From Diadema antillarum (taxonomy: Eukaryota), in contig NW_027272897.1 in the NCBI RefSeq assembly GCF_040938485.1, forward strand, positions 1 through 64,000: 64,000 nucleotides of DNA. Direction: 5' to 3'. Positions 48,298 through 60,289 of the stretch are shown here, piece by piece. Within the stretch, counting starts at the first letter, position 1; the number at the start of each line of letters is the position of its first letter. Both the position numbers and the translations under genes were made by a program. The notes beneath the pieces were generated by a model, which did no database searches, was not told where the DNA came from, and saw nothing but the letters and a program-made list of their open reading frames with translations.

Positions 48298-50871
48298 TGT
48301 ACATGTATGTGCGTGTGTGTTTGTGTGTGTATATTTATAAAAACATGAAGAGTTCCTTTCCAAGCAGTCCTAAATGTTCTTTTGATGGTTAGGAGAAAAA
48401 GTGGATTTTTATTTAACACGCTTCTAAGTGTTTTCACCCAGCAATTTCATTTTTCATAATAATTGTAACACATAATGGCATAAGAAAATGTTCCTAGAAA
48501 AAAAATACGTGACTACTTGGATTTAAAAAGAAAAGGATTTTTTTAAATAACTTTGCGGATTTAACACCTTTTGGAACAAATATTTTAGCACAATGTTGCG
48601 TAGAGTGGAACTCGTAGGCCTTGTTTGCCTACTGTCAGACTCATGGACCTTATTTGTCTAGTGTCGGAGCTCATGGGTTGTATGGCTCGTGGGCTATATT
48701 TATGACTCATGGACCTTTCTTTGTCAATGGTGAACTCGTGGACGGTATGACTCGTGGGTGTCGGTCTAATGGGATGACCACACAAAATGTTGCCCAATCT
48801 ATCTCTATACAGTTAATCATGCATTTTGAATATCACTTCACAGAAACTTATGTACAAGGTGGTTAGTATCATTTTTAATCATGTATTGATTATTCATGTT
48901 CAGTCTGGGAATATTGTTTGGTCAAAAATAGAGATGTTCGTTTTTGTTTGCAAAAGAGGGCAGCACAATTCATGATATCAATCTCTGTCATGAAAGTAAA
49001 CTGTTAATGGAAATGAATACAGTCCCTAAAAAGAGAACGAATTATTTTTGTCGACAAATAAATGCATCCATGGCCTTGTCCCCACCTAAATGTATAAAAT
49101 TAACTTTTGACAGAAATGGTTTTGATACAAGAGCAGCTGATTCTTCTAATGCGGTACCACCATAGATGTGTTATCCTTGAGGGTATACCACCCAAACCGA
49201 ATATTGTCTGTTTTGATATACATGTAAGTGCTTTAGATATGCAGGAGATAAGATATTGAATTCGCTCCCAAATGTCATTAAGAAATCACAATCGCTACAA
49301 GCATTCAAAGCCTTATTATAAGAAAATGTATGCTTACTTTCACTGACTCATCATAAACGCCCTGATGTAGCAGAGATTCATTTACTCTTTTTTTTAACGT
49401 ACATTCTGTAGATTTTAACATGTTCAATAGCGGTAAATCATCTATTTTTTGTTTATATCATCATGCGCCTTCCATTAAGTATTTTAAAGGAAACCTCAGG
49501 AAGATTTTCGGAGTCTTAAATTTGAATAACTACAAACTGGTTAAACTGGGTACAGAATTTTAGAATTTATAGTGATCGGGTGAGGAATGAGAATGTTTTC
49601 GAAATTTACGACAAATCACAATGAACAAGGATGATGACATGGTAGCCTCACCATAAGCATACATGAGTGGGGACTCAAGGAAGCAGAACAAAATAAGAAA
49701 ACATGCATTACGCAGGTGAACTTGTTGAGAAAGCCGTATTGTGGTGGAATTACATTGCTGCGTTTCTGAATTAATGTGAGCGTCTATGTCATCATCCTTG
49801 TTCAATGTAATTTGTTTTGGCTTTTTAAGAGTATTAGTTTCTCCGATCAAGGACCTCACTAAATTCAATTCCACAAATCTATACATGGAGCTGTCGATTT
49901 ATATACATGATATTAATTATGAAAAATCGTCTGGAATTTCCCTTTAAGTATGTGCATGGGTAAACACTCAAGCTTGTTGTCTTGTGTGATACGTCTGCAT
50001 GGGTGGTGTGCACGTGCAAGAATGCTGGAATGTTTCGATTGGGTACAATATTTGTATTGTTGAGCTTGAATGGATGTGACTGTTTTTCATATTTATAGCC
50101 CCGACACACTATAGGTGAACGCGATTGTTGAATACATGTATTGAATCACTTTGCTTTGTTCCTCTAACAATGCCGTTTTTTTTCTATGTATATTATATAC
50201 GTTGTTATATTGACAGTATTTATACATTAACAAGCGTTTGGGAATTCAAGCGTTTGTAAGCTTTATTTTGCATTTGCTTTTAGTTGAATATGTGTCATGT
50301 TTTTAACAACAGTTTTGAATACACTTGTTTTAAATCTATATATTTCTTTCTAAGATTTCAATGTTTGGTTTTAAAATTGAATCACTGATTTCAGTAGAAC
50401 ATTTGTTATTCAAACTATTATTCAAATTACAATGTATCTCGATGTGAAATATTCGCTTGCTGATCTTGATATCCTGGTTAAAAAAAAGCCAAAATAAAGA
50501 AAAATAAAACCCCGAATGAAACTAAAAAAACACACTTTCATTAGGCTTTTATTAGAAAGACTCAATTTCAAGCCTGTCCGAATAGAAGTTAATTCTGATG
50601 ATGACATGATATGACACCTGAACAAAGACAGTTAATTCCCTTGATCTCATAACTCTTGTTGTTGTCAGTGACCTTAAATGTCAACGCTTCACCATGCTTG
50701 ATTTGACTGTTATGAGCAGAGTAATAATTATAATTAAAAAATCGTAAATGTTTCTTCGAAATTGGAAATGAAAAAAAAAGTCGTATAACTCTAGATAACC
50801 CCTTCCGTTTTACCAGAGATGCGTTTAGTTATCATCATAATCAGCTCATAATTCTTTCAAATCGTTTTGAG

Positions 50872-50903
<32 letters not shown>

Positions 50904-51648
50904 AAACTTGATTTATTATTTTTTTTTGGGGGGGATAATTAAGCAAGTATGTTCCTTTCTCTGATTTTTTTTTTACTTTTTATGTTACCGAAATAAACAC
51001 ATATTTATCGAAGAATATGAGTTTCCTTTTTGCTGTCATGTCAAAAAGGGATTTTAGTCAAGAATTGGGCCATTTGTTAACGAGAGATTTGTGAGACCAT
51101 GACATCATCAGCTAATTCATTGGCATATTTGCTGTTCAAAGATGTCAGATTTTACAATCCCATTACTTTCTAATTCAACATACGATATCAAAATGTCTTC
51201 ATATAATTCCGTTTGTTTTCCTTTAGTAGGGGACGATGTTATATAGTGCTTTTAAGTTCATCTTGAACTAAATCAATTGAGACTATGTAGTGAGATCTTC
51301 TAAGGTAATGGCTAGCCTAAACAACTCTAATACCGTCAAACTCATCGAAAGCGTTTGAACAATATTTTAGGATGACTTAAACGGAATACTATCTTGTAAA
51401 TGATATAACTTTTCTCTTTCTTTATCTACGGATTACAAGGGACTTTAAATCAGACAATCACTATATCTTATTCCAATCAAATCAAATACTTACAATATTT
51501 GTTTCTAATCACGTAATGACTTTCGATTGTAACATCTATGTCTATTAGAAAATATAATATCGAGTAGCGTTTCAAACATACTTGTGTTTGGAAATAACGT
51601 GCACTTTGCTGGACAAGTGAGATGTAACATTTCAAAGATTATATATGT

Positions 51649-51709
<61 letters not shown>

Positions 51710-52017
51710 TAAACTTTGAGAAAAGAAATGGGTTTTCATCGGGATTCGAACCCGAGACCTCCGGATTACTAGACCGGTGCTCTACCGACTGAGCTATTGA
51801 AAGCCCTAGATCGGTGTTCGTCCCAAACCCTTAACTCTCTTTGCTCGTGTGGTCAGAAGCTATAGTGTGTGTATCTAGGGCTTTCAATAGCTCAGTCGGT
51901 AGAGCACCGGTCTAGTAATGCGGAGGTCTCGGGTTCGAATCCCGATGAAAACCCATTTTCTTTGCTCAAAGTTTTCACTATTTATTATTTGTTTCTGGTC
52001 AGTTTTCCCTTCCTTGT

Positions 52018-52064
<47 letters not shown>

Positions 52065-53119
52065 AATACATGTACCTGTGTGAAATCTGCGCTAATGAAA
52101 GCTTGCTCAGCGCCAGAATAGATCATGATGGGAATAAGAAGCAACAAGTACGGAGACCTCATGAGACGAAATAAAGACGTTAGGTGATCATAAACTTGAT
52201 TCCTCGGGGCCCCGTTCTCCTCCTGATTACTCTTCACTGGGAGTCTGTCCAGGAGGAAAGTCAAGATAGCCACTGCCAGGAGACCAATTCCTATATAGAT
52301 GGAGAGGAGAACGGACACCTGTTTGTCTGGAACATGTCCTCCCCCTTTTGGAATGATAACATTAATGCCGCTACCGCAGCTGTCGCGACCACAGTGCTCC
52401 ATGATCGTTACAGCAGTCGACGTCTCGTGGAGGACGAGTGAAGAGATGAGGTTACCCCATACCTGAGCTGACCGACAGAAACAGAAGAAGATTCCATTGA
52501 AGCGATTAATAACGGTTTCGGAAACGTCATCCGTCACATCAGCTAGTTGGATGGCTGATGTCGTTACATACGTATTCGCTGCCGCCCATAACGGCGATGC
52601 GGCAAGTCCCAGTAACCCTGCGGCAGGAATGAGTGTGTACACCTCTGGGTAGAAATTGGTTGCTGTATACAAGACGTAGAAGAAACAGCAAACCACAAGC
52701 GTCCGCTTTACACTTAAAAGCCACACAATAAATGGCGTTACGAAACTCGATAGGATAAGTCCAACGTACAGAGCAAAGAGTGACGCCACACCCAGCCCAG
52801 AACTAGAGTTGAGACTACTTTGTAAATTTGCCAGAGCGCCGAAGGCACTCATTGTTAGCATGAATGCAACGGAGACAACTATTACGTTTTTCCAGTATCG
52901 TAGTGGACTAAATAGTTGAGGGCAATGAGGGCTGTTAGTTGAATTTGGCAACGTCCTAAGCGACTTGCCAAATTTCGACGGACTTTCGCACCCAAGCAGC
53001 GACGACTGTTCATCGTTGGCCATCGTGGACTCCGAGACATCATCGTTGTTTTGTGATTCTTCTGACAATACAACACGATCGTCTAGATGAATGTCATCGG
53101 GTGTCGGACTGTACGACAT
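43265..53119 (-). CDS. UNC93A: UNC-93-like copy 4; last exon interrupted by a transposon (500 aa as disrupted, 508 aa ancestral)
   Basis: Exons 53119-52076 (CAG|gtacat), 47995-47728 and 46674-46504, then the insertion, then 43308-43265 (YIFMEYALLRLSRR*). 171+44 = 215 nt, equal to exon 3 of copies 2 and 3. Reading into the TIR gives LVCSQNSYT* with the stop at 46484. Confidence 0.9.
43514..43730 (+). pseudogene. Degenerate THAP-domain remnant inside the P-like element
   Basis: MPYCAAVNCTN (THAP M-P-x-C-x-x-x-x-C start) ending AG|gtaagt. Downstream, in another frame, FPK and VCRRH occur with intervening stops. No intact ORF. Confidence 0.45.
44050..45170. repeat. About 4 diverged tandem units (roughly 200-330 bp) inside the P-like element
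   Basis: Recurring gtatgttttcacactc, aagtgaaatctt, gcatttgctttc and gtgttcatt motifs. Confidence 0.7.
45559..45709. repeat. About 150-bp imperfect hairpin
   Basis: acagaaaccaatttcatgttgatcaccaacaatttatttg...ttgagcgattcgc pairs with gcaaatcgctcaa...aaataaattgtcggtgattagcatgaactcgatttctgt. Confidence 0.75.
47197..47665 (-). mobile_element. Dimer of tRNA-derived SINE-like family B (267-bp period) with a 14-bp flanking direct repeat
   Basis: Near-identical about 200-bp units; tRNA-like heads at 47363-47294 and 47630-47561 (TGGTCTAGTGG A-box, GGTTCGAATCC B-box); AAGTTATTTTCTAT at 47183-96 and 47666-79. Confidence 0.85.
48600..48782. repeat. GACTCATGG/CTCGTGG subrepeat element fragment (same family as 27860-28015)
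   Basis: Shared gactcatggacc, gctcatgggttgta and ggatgacc motifs. Confidence 0.65.
51705..51980. mobile_element. Back-to-back palindrome of two family-A tRNA(Thr)-like heads around a 63-bp spacer
   Basis: Arms 51705-51810 and 51874-51980 are near-perfect reverse complements; tRNA-like 51806-51730 (-) and 51878-51954 (+), both with a CTAGTAA loop. Confidence 0.9.
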
Positions 53120-54755
53120 CTTCGGAAAGACAATGGCTCAGGTTGTCGACTCTATGGCAATGTCTCAGTTCTTGTAGCTGTGTGAAAAATGTTTACTTCC
53201 ACTCCACAACCGCGTATACTTCCACAAGAGATTGGCGCACGAACAGGTCAAGCGTAATGGGAAATATTGTATGACCCGTTGGATAGATTATAACTGGTAT
53301 ACGCTAGTGAAGTATCATCTGCAGAATCGACCCCAAGCACCTTGTTTTCAAAAGAAGATTTCAAAGAAGAGTTGAAGAGCCTCGGTGAGCGTATTATGAA
53401 AGCGGACGGATTGATCCTGACGAAACAATGTGGTTGCGGAAACAAGACAGCAATAACTACGCGAGAGACAAAACTTAACTATACAGTAAGGACACCAGCT
53501 AATGGTGTGGTATGTCACATGGCTTCATGCACAGTGATTACACGAAAAGACGTCCAAATAATTTTCCTATATCGGAGTTTCAGCACTGTGAAATCACCGA
53601 GACATATTACAAAGCCGGCGTGGGATTAAGACATTGCACAAACAGAAAGAAAAATTGTTGATCCACGCAAAAGCAATGTGTATATGTATTTACATGAGAA
53701 ATACTACCGCAACTGTCTTTTGTTTTGGGTACAGTGTACATACTTAACCGGGTTCCCCAACCCCCCTCCCCCCGTTAATTGATAACGGCTATTAGCAATG
53801 GGGTGTAGCGGCATCAGGTGGCTGAAAGATATCAGCATTCTAAGTATTTCATGCGTCGCTGACATGCAGAGCATAATACACGTCGTTATAGGCTTTGAGG
53901 TCAGGTTGTATATCTTTCATATACCATTCACATCTGCTACGATTCCGAGGGTAGACCAGATTTGTTCCAAATGGAAAAAGAAAAAACCATGACAAAAGAT
54001 TGTCTATTCTTTTTTTTTTGGGGGGGGGGTATTTAGGCAAACAAATCAAAATACACAAATTATCTGCCTATATTACTTGCTGAATAGGAACAACATGAGC
54101 AAGGGGTAACGAATATGCCCTTGTAAAAGAGAACAAGCAGTTTTTTTAAATTGAGTGAGGTCTAATAATTGGTATGGGAGAACCAGAGTATTGCTTCGTG
54201 TATCGTCGTCCATAGGTGTAAGACTATAAAGAGACCCCCGCAGGGTTGGAAGGGGGAAATAAAATCATAACATTCCCCACTTTCAAAACGATTCTGAATT
54301 TTGCATCAGGTGGGGAAAATATCTCAGTCATTACATAAAACTCTTCATGCAAGCTGCATAAGACCTTTTGCTGTAAGGTGGTCGCAGGGGAACAATTAAA
54401 GGGAGAAAGGACTGTTACAGCATTCGATTATGCATAATATTCTTTAAAAGATTCATATTATATCCATAACACTGGAAAGGAGAAATATATCTCCTACATT
54501 TGTCTTTCATATATTACACTTCTGTATCAATGTTGAGGTAGACTTGACTGAAGCTATATTGCAGATAATATCAGTAGTGTATGAAAGGAATATATTACCA
54601 AATGTCAGAAATAGCTACTATAGTATTAGACATGTTAGATGTTAGTTAGCTCTGTAATCTTTTGTGTCACAGGAATAGATGGACAGTCAATAATGTTCGA
54701 GTAAAGTATGCAATCAAATTACCACATTTCTTGTTTCATTGAACGTGTTATGTTG

Positions 54756-55027
54756 AGGGAGTTTTAGATTTGCGACGCGAACGTTAAGAGGGGAAAAAAT
54801 CAGGATTTGCGTCGTCTTAAACCAACGACGGTTCTGGGCCATTTTAGAGTCCATTCGGCAAATTCACGACGCAGAGAGCTACTTGATGGCATTATTGACT
54901 ACGTTCACGAACGACTTATTATGGAGGGACTATTAGTCTTCGCGAAATCTAAAACTACTTTGGAACACGACGTAGGGAGAGAGGAGAGAGTCGTCTTAAC
55001 GTTCGCTTGGCAAATCTAAAGCTCCCT
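54756..55027. mobile_element. MITE with AGGGAGCTTTAGATTTGC TIRs (Harbinger-like)
   Basis: agggagttttagatttgcgacgcgaacgttaag ... cttaacgttcgcttggcaaatctaaagctccct. Confidence 0.75.
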
Positions 55028-55124
55028 TCTACATTTGTATCAATATTGGACACAATTCCCCGGAACCGATAGTAACGATAGTACAGGGCAACTTCAAAGA
55101 CAGGTAATGAAATCATCTTACAAT

Positions 55125-55475
55125 GGGGAGCTTTAGATTTGCGGCGCGGACGCTTGAGACGACGCTTGAGCTGGACGTTCTCTTCTCCCCTGCGACGTGC
55201 TGAAAGGTAGCTTTAGATTACGCCGAGACGCAACCTATAAAAAATAAAATGGCACCCCCATATTATGATCGGTGCATAAAGTACATGCAGCTCCATGAGT
55301 AGCTCCCTACATCGTAAATAATTGAGCGGACGTAAAAATAGCACAGAACGCCTAGTAAAAACTCAGACGACGCGAGCTATTCATAGATCGACTTTGATAT
55401 GCGATTTTGCTCATGCTCAGAACATGTTTTCTTTTTCCTTCTGAACGTCTCCGTCGCGAAAATCTAAAGCTCCCT
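55125..55475. mobile_element. Second MITE of the same TIR family
   Basis: ggggagctttagatttgcggcg ... cgtcgcgaaaatctaaagctccct. Confidence 0.72.
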
Positions 55476-57813
55476 ATTATTGGATTTGATGACGTCGATT
55501 CCTTCTATCTATTACAACTCAGAGACAATTACTGTTATTCAGTGTCCTCTCTTCCTCCTTTTAAACAAGATTTAGAGTACATGTATAAGAATAATACTCT
55601 CTGATCACGATATGATTCTAGAAACCAATGATTTACATGCAAAATTGACACTGATTGAAGCGACATACATATACAGACGAACACATGTACATGCTTGACA
55701 CAATTAACATGCACACACAATGAAAAGCACATAACTGACTAAATCAAACACAAGGGACGCATCATGATAAGTTACATTGTCACTGGAAATTTCTTAACTG
55801 GTTCCAATAAAGCTATGCAAATTTAATGATATAATTGTACATAGTAACTCTGTATGACAATCCCCTGTCTATGTACGCAATAGTGTCTGGTAGAAGGCAT
55901 TTATAGGATACTTTTAGATACCTTTTATATATTTTATGTAAAATCTGTTAATACGTTGATTGACAAACAGATATCAAAATGAAAATTGTAACTGAAATTC
56001 GCATGAGTTCTACCCTGTACATACGGTGTATTACATTAATCTCCAATCACAATATTCGTAATGAGTATCTAATCTCATTTCATGATACACGAGGTAAACA
56101 TTCAGTTGTTTGTATACTGCTAACAATACTTCCTGAAAAAATGTTGGTTACAAAGTATGTAAAGGGATATTTTGAAGAGGTTTTTTTTCGCAAAACGAGC
56201 TAACTCCATTGTCAAAATAAGACACTTGAGACTAAAGTCTTGCATATAAAACAAAGACGATAATAAGAAAATACGGAATACTTGTAATTATAACTTCAAT
56301 TTCTTACTATACTTACATGTGTGATATCAATAGAAAGGTTTTATTTTGCTCTATCTGATGACCGACTTACTTTAAAATGTCAAAAATGGCACTTAGCGCT
56401 TAGCCCATTTTGCGATGAAACTTTTTATTTGGTTTGTTACAATAATTCTGACGAGAAGCGTGTTCCTAATCTTCTGCCTTACATAATACTAGGAATGTCT
56501 CGACGACTGCACCTTATACTGACAAATGGTTATAAAAAACACTCTGCTTCTAGTCAAACATAAGATTTAAACTGGAAGACAAGTAAGGACTGAAAATTGT
56601 AAGAGATCAACCGCAAAGACTAAATACAAATTGGTATAGCATTATAATTGTAAATATGAATGATACAAGCGTAAAGATTATTGACAAAATGCATGGGACT
56701 ATCAACAAGTACACCTGAACCTCTTTAAGTGCATTCCGAAGACAGCGTTAATACAACTAAAGGTACATAGGTAGCTTTAATGTCAAAACAATTATCGACA
56801 CAATAATCCTGTATACAATGTACTACTCATACAAATACCCATACACATTCAAGTAAAAGATCCGCAGACCACATTCCACTAAATGAAGAAAAAAAAAAAG
56901 AAGAAGAAATACATATTGCAGGTTCCACTTGGATACCATACGGTTTTTAAGACGCACGGACGGACGGACAACGGAGACATACACTTACACACTATAAATC
57001 TATATACACAGTTTTACATTTTCTGTCGGATTAATACATATCAGAACATTATTTTGCAAACAATTTTGACAAAGATATGAAGATACAATTAAGGCTTTTC
57101 TGTCTAGTGATTAATCATGTCATTTCTTTTGGTTCACCGAGCATCACCTCAACTCATTCTTTTTGAAGAAATGGGAAAGGGACAAGCCTGTCACGAACAA
57201 ACAACTGAATCGGCTAGCGATTTCTTTCGGTATACATCATTATCATCCATGCGTGATTCGTGGACACAGCGTATCCATACATTGAGATAGTATTGAAAAT
57301 ATCGTAGTTAGTGTCTCTTGTTTGACAAAGTATAATATTATAGTCAAAGTGACACACCATTAACCGTCTACCAATCACTATTCAATTCAAAGCGATGTAT
57401 TTCTTTCTGCTTGTTTTGGAGGCAATGAAACAATAAACACTATATAATATAAGAACATAACAAAATTTGTATTCTGCGCATCTAGTATATACTTTCAGAA
57501 TTGTAAAAATATTCAATGATGATTTGTAAGGGGGTGTGGCTATAAAAACTGAATTAGCCGCCAAACGCATATTTTTTAAATGCACATCATCGGAAGCGAC
57601 GATATCATATACCTCATTGAATTTCATTGATCAAAATCACTGTTAAAAAAAGAAAACACTTTCAATGTAGGTGGCCGAAAGTGTATCATACTTTCCATGT
57701 CAAATCCGACGTTCATGAAATTCTTGCGAATCTGGTTGAACTGAGGATATGTTCATTTGATATGGTCAACTAGGGCATAAAATGGTATTTCATCCAAATG
57801 ACTCGTTGCAACT

Positions 57814-58127
57814 GACTGACAAATTGCCCTATACGACGTGAATAAGTACCGAATTAATAAGTATGTACAGTATTTAGTAGTAGCCACGACAAAAGAAATC
57901 ATGGGCACAAATACTCGGGAAGGATTCGAACCTGCCACCTCCTGATTACCGGACAGGGGTCATATCCACTAGACCACCGTTAACGAACGCCTGTCCAGTA
58001 ATCAGGAGGTCGCAGATTCGAATCCCTCCCAAGTATGTATTTGCCCATAATTTTTTCGTGGCTACTAGTTAACACCAATTAATTCAGTGCGTATTGACGT
58101 CGATATAGGGCAATTTGTCAATCAGTC
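57814..58127. mobile_element. Back-to-back palindrome of family-B tRNA-derived repeat
   Basis: Left arm gactgacaaattgccctat...ggattcgaacc...ggacagg; right arm cctgtccagtaatcaggaggtcgcagattcgaatcc...atagggcaatttgtcaatcagtc. The right head lacks its A-box. Confidence 0.85.
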
Positions 58128-58329
58128 GTAATAAAGACATCTGTACGCAAGAATTTCATTTATTTAAATAAATAAATTGTTTCTGAAGCGACTGCTCTAG
58201 GAAATCCAATTTTTGTTCTTAATGATGAGTCAGGCTAAAACTTCGTCAACTTCAAACAAAAAGTTACATGTGACAGTTCCGTAGTCCATTATTATACATT
58301 TAGTTCAGACACATTCTTAAAACTTGGCA

Positions 58330-59380
58330 TGGGAGACTGAATTAAGTAAGGTTTTCAATACCACTGATCACGAAACTGAATAATTATGCTATCCATGAGA
58401 TTGCTGTCTCTTGGCTTAAAAGCTTAATCTAATAGGCAAGAATTAGATTTCATTTACAATTGTAATTAATCGTCATAATACCCAATGTGGAATTCCTCAG
58501 GGATCCATACTTGCCCCGTATAAGTTTTGAAATATATGAATAATATCAATAGTCAAATTCACAATGATTGCTGATGATACCCAGCTCTATTCTAGCCTTT
58601 CATGAAAATCTTAATATCCTAGTCGACATATGAATTGTGGAATTAATCAAAATAGTGACATTTTCAAATGTAGCAAACTGTCTTTGGATAGCAAAACTAA
58701 TGTACAATGTAATTCTAAACTACAAACATTAACGTACATCTGCCGTTCCGTTATGGGACAAAATCGATGGTTATAATCATTGCACAAAATTCTTAGGCAA
58801 TACACTTGTGACCAGTTAACTTGGAATTTAGCCAACTACCCCCAATGGCAGAGGGAATAGATATAATATATAAAATAAAGTATTCATTGCTGCAAAAATT
58901 ATCCTTTGCTATATAACACTTTAATCCAAACATTTATGAATTACACAAGAAAATATATGGGGAAAGAGTGGCACATCTAAATACAACCATAATTTCTTCT
59001 TTTATACAGAATATACAGAAGAAATTGTATTATCTTCTTACATAGCCCAACAGCCCTGCAAATATTAACGCTTTATATTACAAATCAAAATTCCCATTAG
59101 TTTAAGATATATTCTACGAACTGTTCAAGTGCACAAAATGTATAGTTCACCTTTATGTAGAAATTCGTTTCTATATGATATAAACTTCCAATCTTACCCG
59201 AGGGCCGACACGTATACTCAAAATTATTTGAATAGTCCCAATCTTTAATACCGGATAGGTCATATTAATTCCCCGAGACATCATGAGCTAGGAATGTGAA
59301 ACGCCCTCTCGATTATAACAGCAATTGCCACTCCTACGCCCCTTCAAAAGAAAAATGAAATACAATGTATAAACTTTTAT
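58330..59380 (+). mobile_element. Old degenerate CR1/L2-group LINE RT fragment
   Basis: CGIPQGSILAP at about 58485 and MIADDTQLY at about 58565, with many stops and frameshifts. Confidence 0.75.
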
Positions 59381-60289
59381 GTCAATACAGTAAAGAGTTA
59401 TAAAAGTCGTTAATAAGTACTATAACAACAGTCAATTATGAATGATATCATTAGTTTTGTGAACCCAATAATAAACCAGAATAGTACTGACCACATAACG
59501 ATACATTGTCCTGCAACACTACCTTAATTCGGCAAATCGAAAAGTCTTATTATACTAATATCATCCTTGCGTCTGATTTCATTAATCTATACTTGCTTTT
59601 TAAGTTTATTGATCTCATCGTTCACCCCTCCCCATCCCCTGCACTGTTCCGTTTTCCCTCTTAATCCGTAGATTAACGATTATTTAATGCATTTCAAGAG
59701 GCACATCGAGTAACTTTGCTTTTTGTGACAGCCCTGCGACAAGTTTTATTCTGTTGTTGCCGTTATTTTAAAAGAAAAAAAAATGGGACCCTATTGAAAA
59801 AAACTAATTTGCCCCCGACAATACTGACATTATACCAGACCATAATAAATCTTAAACAAACCAAACATTATCATTAGATGTACATTGTTATGATAACATT
59901 ATGACTGTACAAGGGAGCGTACAATAAATGTCTTCATGTTTTATTCTATTACAAGAAGAAATAAAGATATTTTCAACAGTGTCATTATAGATATACGATT
60001 TGTTACTTATAACTTGCTTGGGAGAAAATCGACCATCGGTATATAATACTTTCATGTGTGTCTTTGAATGCATTATCGTATATACTTCGTGTATGCATTA
60101 TGCATTCACAGTGTGTATTTTTAATCTTTATGATTACTGTACTTTCGTACGACTTTTGTATCATGAAAAAGTTGCAGAAATGAATTAACTGAACTCTGCT
60201 GAGTTGAAGTCAGTGCTACAGTTTCTCATTTGACAGTAGCTGCTGCTTTTTCGAGAAATAGAATCGCACATGTAAAAAAAATCACTAAT

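Noticed and set aside
51878-51954. Functional tRNA-Thr(AGT) genes (also 36058, 36384, 47294, 47561, 57.9 kb)
   Set aside because: Extra base before U8, acceptor and anticodon-stem mismatches, variable anticodons and shared non-tRNA flanks indicate tRNA-derived repeats.
51884-52075. 411-aa single-exon product for copy 4
   Set aside because: The ORF runs through the CAG|gtacat donor into a (TA)n tract and SINE; the spliced model matches the paralogues.
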